This document shows positions 8,711 to 17,424 of a stretch of DNA of 32,000 bases, piece by piece. The position numbers were made by a program, and so were the translations under genes. This DNA is from Nanobdella aerobiophila (GTDB lineage Archaea > Nanobdellota > Nanobdellia > Nanobdellales > Nanobdellaceae). Numbering within the stretch: the first letter of the stretch is position 1; each line of letters starts with the position of its first letter. The notes beneath the pieces were generated by a model. It did no database searches. It was not told the origin of the DNA and worked only from the letters and a program-made list of their open reading frames with translations. The stretch lies in contig NZ_AP019769.1 in the NCBI RefSeq assembly GCF_023169545.1, positions 600,001 through 632,000 of the forward strand, written 5' to 3'.

Positions 8711-8909
8711 ATATTTTATAGATATAGATTATAATAAATGTATAAATTGTTTAGCATGCTATTTAATAGATAAAGACGATTTTGATATAGTCAATAATAG
8801 AATAAAAATCAAGAACAGGTTCATATCAGATGATAAATCGATAAATAATGTAAAAAAAGCTTCTGAAGCTTGTCCTGTCAATGCTATATATTATGAAGAA
8901 ATTTCTTGA
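8703..8909 (+). CDS. Small divergent [4Fe-4S] ferredoxin
   Basis: Track ORF begins at 8673; the internal ATG at 8703 gives MSKYFIDIDYNKCINCLACYLIDKDDF...EACPVNAIYYEE and a short overlap with the upstream gene. Confidence 0.8.
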   Translation: MSKYFIDIDYNKCINCLACYLIDKDDFDIVNNRIKIKNRFISDDKSINNVKKASEACPVNAIYYEEIS

Positions 8910-8951
8910 TAAACAAAAAGATTAATAAATAATAAAAAATTTCTATAGATT

Positions 8952-9530
8952 ATGGTATTTTATAATATATTTATAACATTATTAACAAATATTGGATTCT
9001 TTAATATTATAGTTCCTTTTTTACTAGTTTATGCTGTAATGTATGGATTATTATCTAATTATAAAATAATAGGAGATCCATTCAAAGATGATCCTTCTGG
9101 AAAAGCAGTAAGGAGTATAATATCCATGATTGCTGCAGCTACTGGCTTTTTGGTTGTAGGAGCTGCAAATATTGTATTATCCTTAAATCAATTGATTCCA
9201 TATATAGTTTTATTTATATTAACTGTATTCTTCTTACTAATTGCTATATCTCCATTAGTATCAAAAGACGGAAAGATAGACCTAGATAAGAATACTAAAA
9301 GATTATTAGTTATAATAGCTGTTATAATATTTTCTATAGTATTAATATTTTCACTAGGACTCGTAAATTATTTAATGTCTATAGGAAAAGCAATTAGTAA
9401 CAACTCATTACCACCAGAGATAATAAACTTTATAGAAACAATAGTAATATTATTAATAATGTTTGGAATTGTATTCTTTACAATAAGAACTCCAAAGGCA
9501 AAAGAAGAAAAGAAGGATAATAGTAAATAA
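8952..9530 (+). CDS. Conserved archaeal multi-pass membrane protein, tandem paralog 1
   Basis: 192 aa; IGFFNIIVPFLLVYAVMYGLL, several TM segments, cytoplasmic Lys/Glu-rich tail after FFTIRTPK. Confidence 0.8.
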   Translation: MVFYNIFITLLTNIGFFNIIVPFLLVYAVMYGLLSNYKIIGDPFKDDPSGKAVRSIISMIAAATGFLVVGAANIVLSLNQLIPYIVLFILTVFFLLIAISPLVSKDGKIDLDKNTKRLLVIIAVIIFSIVLIFSLGLVNYLMSIGKAISNNSLPPEIINFIETIVILLIMFGIVFFTIRTPKAKEEKKDNSK

Positions 9531-10099
9531 TGATAGACTTTACTTCTTTGTTGAGTCAATATGGGATTTTCGATGTTATATTACCTTTTTTATTAATATT
9601 TTCCATAGTATTTATGGTTTTAGAATTAGCTGGACTATTAAAAACAGGTCCGGATGATGAAGTTGGTAGGAGACTAAATGCCTTATTTGCATTATCATTT
9701 GCACTACTATCTATAGGAAATCAAAACCTAATACAATGGTTATTATCTTTTATTCCAAATGCATCTGTTGCAGTATTGGGTTTTTTCCTATTGGCAATGG
9801 TAATAAGTATAAGTAATAAAAAGGTTCCAGGCTTCTTTAGGGCAATACTAGGACTTTTGGTGATAGGAATAATACTCTGGCTAGCATTGAATGCGCTGGA
9901 ACTTACTCCAAATGCAGGAGGAAGCTCTATTTCAGGAGCTCTAAATTATATAATATCCTACTTAATTAATTCAGGATTATTAGCAATATTAATAATATTT
10001 GTTTTATTAGGAATAACTATATTTTGGTTAGTATCTCCAAGTAAAAAGGAAGATAAAAAAGAAGAAGGTACACAGGTAATTCCATTATTGAGTAAATAA
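9530..10099 (+). CDS. Conserved archaeal multi-pass membrane protein, tandem paralog 2
   Basis: 189 aa; YGIFDVILPFLLIFSIVFMVLELAGLLKTG...GITIFWLVSPSKK. Confidence 0.8.
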   Translation: MIDFTSLLSQYGIFDVILPFLLIFSIVFMVLELAGLLKTGPDDEVGRRLNALFALSFALLSIGNQNLIQWLLSFIPNASVAVLGFFLLAMVISISNKKVPGFFRAILGLLVIGIILWLALNALELTPNAGGSSISGALNYIISYLINSGLLAILIIFVLLGITIFWLVSPSKKEDKKEEGTQVIPLLSK

Positions 10100-10100
10100 A

Positions 10101-10763
10101 ATGGATCTAGGATCATATATATATTTATTATTCTCAGAATATGGAATATTTACAATAGTAGCTCCTTTCTTATTAATATTTTCATTATTATATGGACTAT
10201 TAAGGAAAACAGGCCTATTTGGTAAAGACAATCCAAATAAGGAGAGATTATATGCAATAATATCTATAGCCTTATCTTTTTATTATTTATATAATTTAGG
10301 CGCAGTAATATTTACTCAAGACTTTATATCATTCTTCTTCTTTGAATTCTTAGTATTGTTCTTTATATTGATGATTATTGGTTTACTAGCCTCAATATCA
10401 CAAGGTTTTCAACCTAAAGAGGAAGAAAAAGGATTATATAATAAATACAAAAACTCTGCATATAATTCTTTGGTTGGTATACTAGGACTATTGGTATTAT
10501 TTGCATTTATGTATGCATCATCATTCTCATTTACATCATTCGGTGCAGGAGCATCAAATATACTGTACTCCATATTTTCATTCTTAATAAATACAGGACT
10601 ATTACCATTAATAATTATATTTGGAGTTTTATTTGGAATAATTGGTTGGTTAGTAAGGACTCCAAATAAAAGTCCCAATAAGAGAAAGATTAATCCAAAA
10701 TTATTATTGATATCTGCTGGTGAAGCTCCTTATCAATTTTTTGATGAAGTATCAAAAAAATAA
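10101..10763 (+). CDS. Conserved archaeal multi-pass membrane protein, tandem paralog 3
   Basis: 220 aa; YGIFTIVAPFLLIFSLLYGLLRKTGLFG...GVLFGIIGWLVRTPNK. Confidence 0.8.
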   Translation: MDLGSYIYLLFSEYGIFTIVAPFLLIFSLLYGLLRKTGLFGKDNPNKERLYAIISIALSFYYLYNLGAVIFTQDFISFFFFEFLVLFFILMIIGLLASISQGFQPKEEEKGLYNKYKNSAYNSLVGILGLLVLFAFMYASSFSFTSFGAGASNILYSIFSFLINTGLLPLIIIFGVLFGIIGWLVRTPNKSPNKRKINPKLLLISAGEAPYQFFDEVSKK

Positions 10764-10792
10764 AATAAAAATTTTAATTATATATTAATTTT

Positions 10793-11896
10793 ATGGTAAA
10801 GTTTATAACTGGAGATCATGAAATAAAAAATATTGTAGGAGATATATACAGAGGAGAAGATATCATAATAACAGATAAAAAAGGAAAATATCTAGGTATA
10901 TTATCAAATGAGAAAGCATTAAGATATTTAAATAAACCAAATACAAAAATAGATAAATTAATTATAAAAATAAAACCAATAGACGGGGATATTACATATA
11001 TAATAGAGAAGATGATAGGATCAAATACAAGATTGATACCAGTAAAAAAAGGTGATAAAATAGAAATTATGAACATTTTTGATTTATTAAATAATATATA
11101 TAATGATAAAAACACATTAAGGAATATAAAAATAGAAGATATAAAAAATAATGCTTATACAATATATGAGAATGACAATATAAATAAAGCAATAAACATA
11201 ATGAAAGAAAATGGTATTTCTAGATTAATAGTTATAAATAATGAAAATAAACCTGTAGGTATTCTAACCATATCTGATATATTAAGAAAATTGTTAATAC
11301 AAAATAATGAAGAAATAAGGGTACCTAAAGATGAAGACTTCGATATAAAGATAAAATCCATAATAAAAAATAACCTAATATTTGCAAGCAAAAAAGATAG
11401 TATAGAAAATATTATAGAATTATTAGTAAAAAATAAAATATTTTCAGTACCTATATTGGATGAAAAAAATAATTTATATGGTATAGTAACAGCAAAAGAT
11501 ATATTAATAGCATACTTACAAAATAAAAAAGAAAAAAAATATAATATAGTAATAAGTGGTATAGATTTGGATGAAATAGATCAAAAATATATAAAAAATG
11601 AATATGAAAGGTTTAATAAAAAATACAGTAATATACTAGGAAATATAAAAATAATAATACATGTAAAAAAGATTAATGAAAATATAAAAGATAAAAAAAT
11701 ATTCTATAGTATAAAAGCAAGATTAATTTCTGATAAGTTAAGATTTTATGTACAAAATAATGGATATGATTTCTATTCAACAATAAATGATATATTTCAT
11801 ATATTATCAAATGAAGCAGAAAAATATAAACATAAAGATGAAAGAGAATATCTACTGCAAAGAATGTTTAAGGATGATATAATAAGATATATATAA
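10793..11896 (+). CDS. CBS-repeat protein with C-terminal S30AE/RaiA/HPF-like domain; candidate ribosome hibernation factor
   Basis: 367 aa; about four CBS repeats (e.g. NINKAINIMKENGISRLIVINNENKPVGILTISDIL, DSIENIIELLVKNKIFSVPILDEKNNLYGIVTAKDIL), then IKIIIHVKKINENIKDKKIFYSIKARLISDKLRFYVQNNGYDFYSTINDIFHILSNEAEKYKHK, which resembles S30AE. Confidence 0.8.
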   Translation: MVKFITGDHEIKNIVGDIYRGEDIIITDKKGKYLGILSNEKALRYLNKPNTKIDKLIIKIKPIDGDITYIIEKMIGSNTRLIPVKKGDKIEIMNIFDLLNNIYNDKNTLRNIKIEDIKNNAYTIYENDNINKAINIMKENGISRLIVINNENKPVGILTISDILRKLLIQNNEEIRVPKDEDFDIKIKSIIKNNLIFASKKDSIENIIELLVKNKIFSVPILDEKNNLYGIVTAKDILIAYLQNKKEKKYNIVISGIDLDEIDQKYIKNEYERFNKKYSNILGNIKIIIHVKKINENIKDKKIFYSIKARLISDKLRFYVQNNGYDFYSTINDIFHILSNEAEKYKHKDEREYLLQRMFKDDIIRYI

Positions 11897-11897
11897 A

Positions 11898-12500
11898 ATG
11901 ATATTATTACCCGGAGATAAGTTAAATAATAAAAATATATATAGTTATGATATAAATGATGAGTTTTTTTCTAAATATATATTATTATCAAATGATAATA
12001 TAAAGTATAATAAAATATTTGGATATTATATACCAAAAATAGGAGATGTAGTTATATCAAAAGTAATAGATGTGTTAAGCAATGGATGGTTGCTAGATAT
12101 AAATTCTCCATACCTAGGATTCCTACAATTAAAAAATGTTGTACAAAAGGATATAGACCATAATAAAATATATACATATGGAGATTATATATTAACAGAA
12201 ATTACAAAGATAACTAAAAACATGATGATTAATTTAAACTTAAAAAATAGGAAAAAACTAAATAATGGATTAATTATAAGTATAGATCCGATAAAATTAC
12301 CAAGACTAATAGGTAAAAACTCTTCAATGATAAATATGATAAAGGAAAAATTAAATATAAAAATTATAACCGGAAAAAATGGTAGATTATACTTATCGGG
12401 TGATTATGCAAACATAATAAAAGCTTATAATGTAATTAAATTTATTATGAAAAATTCATATAAAAAAGGCCTAACAGAAAAGATAAATGAAATTATATAA
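11898..12500 (+). CDS. rrp4: Exosome complex RNA-binding protein Rrp4
   Basis: 200 aa; S1 region (GDVVISKVIDVLSNGWLLDINSPYLGFLQL) and KH-like RLIGKNSSMINMIKEKLNIKIITGKNGRLYLSG; directly upstream of rrp41. Confidence 0.92.
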   Translation: MILLPGDKLNNKNIYSYDINDEFFSKYILLSNDNIKYNKIFGYYIPKIGDVVISKVIDVLSNGWLLDINSPYLGFLQLKNVVQKDIDHNKIYTYGDYILTEITKITKNMMINLNLKNRKKLNNGLIISIDPIKLPRLIGKNSSMINMIKEKLNIKIITGKNGRLYLSGDYANIIKAYNVIKFIMKNSYKKGLTEKINEII

Positions 12501-13249
12501 TGTCAAGGTTTGACGGAAGAAAAGAAGATGAATTAAGAAATATATATATAGAATTAAATCCGATAGAAAATGCAAAAGGTTCTGCAATATTTGCTTTTGG
12601 AGAAACAAGAGTATTGGCTGCCGTGTATGGTCCTAGAGGGTCTAAAATGTCAAAAGATTATGATAGAGCATTTTTAAGAGTAAAATATAATATGATTACA
12701 TTTTCTGTACCTGAAAGAAAAAAACCAACTCCAGGTAGAAGAGAAATAGAAGTATCTGAAGTTATTAAAAGAGCAATAGAACCTGCATTATTATTAGAAG
12801 AATTACCAGGAAGCATAATAGATGTATATATAGAAGTATTAAATGCAAATGCTGGTACTAGAACTGCGAGTATTAATGCAGTATCATTAGCTTTATCTTT
12901 AGCAGGTATACCAATGAGAGATTTGGTTAGTTCAGTTGCTGTAGGAAAGGTTGGACAAAAAATATTAGTTGATCTAAATAAAGATGAAGAAGACTATAAT
13001 TCGGAAAAATTAAAGGATATAGAAGAAAAAAGGAAATTTATAGAATTTTATGGAGAAGGAAGAGCTACAGATATACCAATAGCATATTTACCATACAAAA
13101 ATGAAATTTCGTTAATCCAATTAGATGGTGAAATAAATAATAATGAATTAAAAGATGCAATAAATCTAGGAATTAAGTCTTGCAAAAATATAAAAAACCT
13201 CATGAAAGACAAGATATTAGAATACTTTTCCGATACCAACATAAGGTAA
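12500..13249 (+). CDS. rrp41: Exosome complex exonuclease Rrp41 (RNase PH family)
   Basis: 249 aa; MSRFDGRKEDELRNIYIE, AYGPRG-like AAVYGPRG, PERKKPTPGRREIEVS, NANAGTRTASINAVSLALS, ATDIPIAYLP. Confidence 0.95.
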   Translation: MSRFDGRKEDELRNIYIELNPIENAKGSAIFAFGETRVLAAVYGPRGSKMSKDYDRAFLRVKYNMITFSVPERKKPTPGRREIEVSEVIKRAIEPALLLEELPGSIIDVYIEVLNANAGTRTASINAVSLALSLAGIPMRDLVSSVAVGKVGQKILVDLNKDEEDYNSEKLKDIEEKRKFIEFYGEGRATDIPIAYLPYKNEISLIQLDGEINNNELKDAINLGIKSCKNIKNLMKDKILEYFSDTNIR

Positions 13250-13283
13250 TAAATTTATAAATTATAAAATATTTTATTGATTT

Positions 13284-14615
13284 ATGGATAATAAAAAAAT
13301 AATATTATCTTTATCTTCTATAATAGGATCAAAGTTTATTTTTTCTCAAGGATCTAATAATATATATACTAGTGTAATTAGCACTAGTTCAATATATAAT
13401 GCTGCACAAGAAGCAGCAGGCGGTATCGCATATACTTTAGCAAATTTATTTCCACCAATTTATATAACAGCTGCACAAGAAATGAATATATATTCTTCAA
13501 ATCCTTATATAGGCGCAATAATTGCTGCATCTATGCTATTTCTATTATTTTTTACTATATATTTAGTTACATTAAAAATTATGTTCAGCAGAATATTAGA
13601 TAACTTTGGAAAGGAATTGAGCAATGAAGGTATAATATCAAGGGGACCTTATGTAATAGCGGCAATATTTTCATTTTTCAGTATATATCTTATAGGTCCC
13701 ATATTACTAACATTGTTCGTAGAAATAGGAATTATTGACATGATCTTTGTTATATTAATTATAGCTGTAATAGCAATACTTGGATTTAAAATATTGTATC
13801 ATGGTGGCTTAAAGGATGCGGGGGCATCTATAAAAAGTATAGGAAGTAAATTAAAAAGTATAAATAAAATACCAGAGAAATTTTATAATTATAATGATAA
13901 AAGGACTGTTATCAATTTAGGAAAAAAAATAGATCTAAAATCCTTAGATCTAGATATACAAAGGCTTATAGTATCTGTATTAAATGAGATAATTAAAAAT
14001 CTTGAAGATTTAAGTAAAGAAATGTCAAAAGTAGAAAAACAAGAAATTATTAAAAAAAATTTATCTGGGATAAAACCAGAAATTATTAAAAGAGATTTAT
14101 CTGGGATAAAACAAGGAACTGGAAAAGAAAAAGCTAATATTATAAAACAAATACGTGATAAATCGATGCCAAAAAGAAACACTCAAGAAATTATTGGACA
14201 ATATTATAACAGATTAAAAGAATATATAAGGCAGTTATCCCAGGTAAAACAAGGCATTGAAAAAGAAAATGCCGATAATATAAAAGCAATGTATAATAAA
14301 TTAGTATCATTAGGATATTTCAATACATTAGGTATATTAAAAAATATGAAAAATGAATTAAGATCATATAATAATATAATTAATAAGATAGATGAAATAA
14401 TAAATAATATAGAAAAGCTCAAAGAAGAACTTAACAAAAATTTAAATATAAATGATCTTAAAAGTGGATATGAAAAAATTAGCAAGATAAAGAATAGAAG
14501 AGATCTCCAAGGACAAAATAATGATAAAATAATTGCTAAAATAAGCGCTTTATCTGAAAAAATAGGAGAACTAGCTAAGATTAAGAGTCAATTAGAAAAT
14601 ATAATAGGTCAATAA
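13284..14615 (+). CDS. Hypothetical membrane protein with long C-terminal coiled coil
   Basis: 443 aa; about 4 hydrophobic segments in the first 190 aa, then a roughly 250 aa charged helical region. Confidence 0.75.
   Translation: MDNKKIILSLSSIIGSKFIFSQGSNNIYTSVISTSSIYNAAQEAAGGIAYTLANLFPPIYITAAQEMNIYSSNPYIGAIIAASMLFLLFFTIYLVTLKIMFSRILDNFGKELSNEGIISRGPYVIAAIFSFFSIYLIGPILLTLFVEIGIIDMIFVILIIAVIAILGFKILYHGGLKDAGASIKSIGSKLKSINKIPEKFYNYNDKRTVINLGKKIDLKSLDLDIQRLIVSVLNEIIKNLEDLSKEMSKVEKQEIIKKNLSGIKPEIIKRDLSGIKQGTGKEKANIIKQIRDKSMPKRNTQEIIGQYYNRLKEYIRQLSQVKQGIEKENADNIKAMYNKLVSLGYFNTLGILKNMKNELRSYNNIINKIDEIINNIEKLKEELNKNLNINDLKSGYEKISKIKNRRDLQGQNNDKIIAKISALSEKIGELAKIKSQLENIIGQ
14043..14114 (+). repeat. 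Tandem 2 x 36-nt near-identical in-frame direct repeat in coiled-coil region
   Basis: gaaattattaaaaaaaatttatctgggataaaacca / gaaattattaaaagagatttatctgggataaaacaa, encoding EIIKKNLSGIKP/EIIKRDLSGIKQ. Confidence 0.9.
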
Positions 14616-14638
14616 ATAATATATTTTAATTTCTTTTA

Positions 14639-15214
14639 ATGATTAAAAATAATATAAAAAAAGAAATAGAAAATAATATTGAAAAATATAAAAAAGATAT
14701 TGAAAAATTATATAAAGGAAATATTATTATAAAAGGAGGAATAGAAAATCTACCAGATAGAGCACAAATATTAAAGAAATTAATAAAAAATGGATCTAAA
14801 AATGGTCCTAATACTATCTATGAAGCAATAGAAAAGAAAAAAGAAAAGATTATAGAGGTTGTAAAAATATTAAAAGAAATAAAAAAGGAAAAAGACGATA
14901 TTAAACCCGATTATAAACCATACTATATTAAATATTTTAAAGAAAATATAGAACCTATAATTACTGATATATTAAGCTCAATAGACGAATACAATAAAAT
15001 TATGTCAAATAATATTACGGTTTTTCAAAAAACTGGAATACTAGACCATGTATATAAAGATTCTAACCTTAAAATAAAAGGTGAGAAAATAAACAATCAA
15101 AATATATATAAGATACCACAATTTTTTCAAAAACAACTAGAGGATATAATTAAATTAAGAAATGAATTAATTCAAATATTTAACGAGATAAAATCTACAA
15201 GAGGCTATATATGA
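14639..15214 (+). CDS. Hypothetical highly charged, probably helical protein
   Basis: 191 aa Lys/Glu/Ile-rich; tightly follows the preceding gene; convergent with and directly abutting the helicase ORF. Confidence 0.65.
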   Translation: MIKNNIKKEIENNIEKYKKDIEKLYKGNIIIKGGIENLPDRAQILKKLIKNGSKNGPNTIYEAIEKKKEKIIEVVKILKEIKKEKDDIKPDYKPYYIKYFKENIEPIITDILSSIDEYNKIMSNNITVFQKTGILDHVYKDSNLKIKGEKINNQNIYKIPQFFQKQLEDIIKLRNELIQIFNEIKSTRGYI

Positions 15215-16369
15215 TTATTCAAAAATAAATTTTTTTATTGCTAAGCTTTCGGCATAATCATCTGGATCTGAAGTTAATATATATCCAATAGATACTTCAT
15301 GTAATCTATGACCCGCTCTACCAACTCTTTGTAAAAATCTGGATACCTGCCTAGGAGAATTATATTGTACTATTGCATCTACAGATCCTATATCTATACC
15401 CATCTCTAAAGAGGATGTAGCTATAATAGCTTTTAATTTTCCTTCTTTAAATAATCTTTCATTTCTCTCTCTAACTTCTCTTGATAAGGAACTATGATGT
15501 ATTTCTATAGGATATTTTGGTATCCATACTTTAAATCTAGATACTAACATCTCTGCAGCCTCTCTAGTATTAACAAATATTATCACAGATTTATGATTAT
15601 CTATTATTTCTTTCATTTTCCTTAATGTCCATGCAATTTTTGGATTCCAATTATACCTTCTTGCTAATTCATAATCTTCTTCTTCAATATTTGGATATAG
15701 TACATCTATTTTATATTTTTTCTCTGCATACCAATATGATATATCATAATTTCTATATCCAAATAAAAATTTTGCAGCTTCTTCTAGATCTCCTATTGTT
15801 GCAGATAACCCTATTCTTTGAAATTCGCCTGAATAATTTACTAGTCTTTCTAATCCTAATGATAATTGTACTCCTCTCTTTTCATTTAATAATTCATGTA
15901 ATTCATCTACTATAACAAATTTTACTGTTTTCAATTGTTCTCTTAATCTTTTACCCATAAATAATATTTGAAATGTTTCTGGAGTTGTAATTAAAAAATT
16001 TGGAGGTTTTCTTGCCAATTTATTCCTATCTTTATTTTCTGTATCACCATGTCTTAAAGCTACAGTTATATTAAGATTATCACCCCACCATTTTATTCTA
16101 TCTAGTAGATCTCTATTTAATGCTCTTAATGGAGTAATATATATTCCATATAATTTATCATAAGGATCTTTATCTTTTAAATCTAAAATCTTAGAAAATA
16201 TAGGTAATATTGAGGCTTCACTTTTTCCACTTCCAGTAGGTGCAACAACTAATACATTTTTATTCTCTAATATCTTTGGAATAGCTAATTTTTGTATAGA
16301 ATTAAAATCTGGAAATCTTTTATAGAATAAATCTAATATTTCTTTCCTTAATTTTATATCATTATTCAT
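15215..16369 (-). CDS. lhr: Lhr-family DEAD/DEAH helicase, RecA1-RecA2 core only (truncated/split)
   Basis: 384 aa; APTGSGKSEA, TPLRAL, TTPETFQ, DELHEL, LSATIGD, VNTREAAE, ATSSLEMGIDIG, QRVGRAGHR; ends soon after motif VI. Confidence 0.93.
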   Translation of the reverse strand: MNNDIKLRKEILDLFYKRFPDFNSIQKLAIPKILENKNVLVVAPTGSGKSEASILPIFSKILDLKDKDPYDKLYGIYITPLRALNRDLLDRIKWWGDNLNITVALRHGDTENKDRNKLARKPPNFLITTPETFQILFMGKRLREQLKTVKFVIVDELHELLNEKRGVQLSLGLERLVNYSGEFQRIGLSATIGDLEEAAKFLFGYRNYDISYWYAEKKYKIDVLYPNIEEEDYELARRYNWNPKIAWTLRKMKEIIDNHKSVIIFVNTREAAEMLVSRFKVWIPKYPIEIHHSSLSREVRERNERLFKEGKLKAIIATSSLEMGIDIGSVDAIVQYNSPRQVSRFLQRVGRAGHRLHEVSIGYILTSDPDDYAESLAIKKFIFE

Positions 16370-16385
16370 TATTTTATATATTTGA

Positions 16386-17057
16386 TTAAGAATATAATTC
16401 TTTCTCTTCTATTAATATACCATCAAGAGTATAAACTTCGTACCTTTCTATACTATCCGCTAATGGTGTTTGAAAAGATCCTGTATCATATACTCCAGTT
16501 AAATCAGAGAAAGTAGGAAGAAATATTATATTATAATCTTTTTTATAAGCAAAAACAAAAACTTTTTCATATATTACTTCACCTATTGAGGTTCTAATAC
16601 TTTTTGCAAAGTGGTGATGTCCCAATACATAATATTTTCCTTTTAATTTTGGTTTTAAATGACCATGTGTAAAAACAATATTTTTATATCTTAATTCCTT
16701 AATTACTTTCACATTATTTATATCTGGAATTAGTTCTTCCAAATCTCCATCATGATTTCCTTTAACTAGATATATTTTTTTAAATAGATAAGATAACTCA
16801 TTTACAAAGTCAGGTATTTCTGATATTTCCTGTAAAGAAGTTTTTGGAATATTATGCTTAAAATCTCCATCAATTATCAAATATTTTGGTTTATATCTAT
16901 CATATATTTTCTTTATTTTACTAAATATATATTTCGATTGGGATGGTATATATATTCCATTTAAAGATAATTCTTTTTCTATACCTAAATGTAAATCCGA
17001 TATACATAAAATCTTCTTATAAAAAATTAATCCTTCTGTATTCGTAAATTCAAGCAT
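16386..17057 (-). CDS. Metallophosphoesterase (calcineurin-like, Lhr-associated type)
   Basis: 223 aa; ISDLHLG, IDGDFKH, VKGNHDGD, THGH, LGHHHFA. Confidence 0.93.
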   Translation of the reverse strand: MLEFTNTEGLIFYKKILCISDLHLGIEKELSLNGIYIPSQSKYIFSKIKKIYDRYKPKYLIIDGDFKHNIPKTSLQEISEIPDFVNELSYLFKKIYLVKGNHDGDLEELIPDINNVKVIKELRYKNIVFTHGHLKPKLKGKYYVLGHHHFAKSIRTSIGEVIYEKVFVFAYKKDYNIIFLPTFSDLTGVYDTGSFQTPLADSIERYEVYTLDGILIEEKELYS

Positions 17058-17394
17058 TAATTATTATTGATCTTATCTGATTTATATCTACAGCGTTTTT
17101 TATTTTATTCTTTAGTTCCTCATATTTACTTCTATCTTCCAACAATAATACAATATCGCCAATTGCCTGACCTGGTAATCCTTTTCTAAATCTGGCCCTT
17201 ACATGACCTTTATTACCATGTATATCGACAATTTTACCTAGAAATATTTTTTTACCAGAACTTACCCAAATAATTCTCTTACCAATTAAATTCTTTGCTT
17301 TATATTTATCATTAATATCCTCAAATCTTACAATTATATGATTTTGATATATTCTATGTCTTCCCATTCTATAATTTATAATTATACCCTTCAT
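17050..17394 (-). CDS. rpl35ae: Ribosomal protein eL33 (L35Ae)
   Basis: 114 aa; NYRMGRHRIYQNHIIVRF...LIGKRIIWVSSGKKIFLGKIVDIHGNKGHVRARFRKGLPGQAIGD. Confidence 0.93.
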   Translation of the reverse strand: MKGIIINYRMGRHRIYQNHIIVRFEDINDKYKAKNLIGKRIIWVSSGKKIFLGKIVDIHGNKGHVRARFRKGLPGQAIGDIVLLLEDRSKYEELKNKIKNAVDINQIRSIIINA

Positions 17395-17424
17395 CTTAAT
17401 AATAATTACAAAAATATTAAAAAA

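Noticed and set aside
12500-13249. Rrp41 as a bacterial RNase PH acquired by HGT
   Set aside because: Directly follows rrp4 with archaeal motifs (MSRFDGRKEDELR, AGTRTASINAVSLALS); normal archaeal exosome pairing.
15215-16369. Truncated Lhr as a decaying pseudogene
   Set aside because: All helicase motifs intact with clean reading frame, tight gene packing on both sides, and the split form is known in this lineage.
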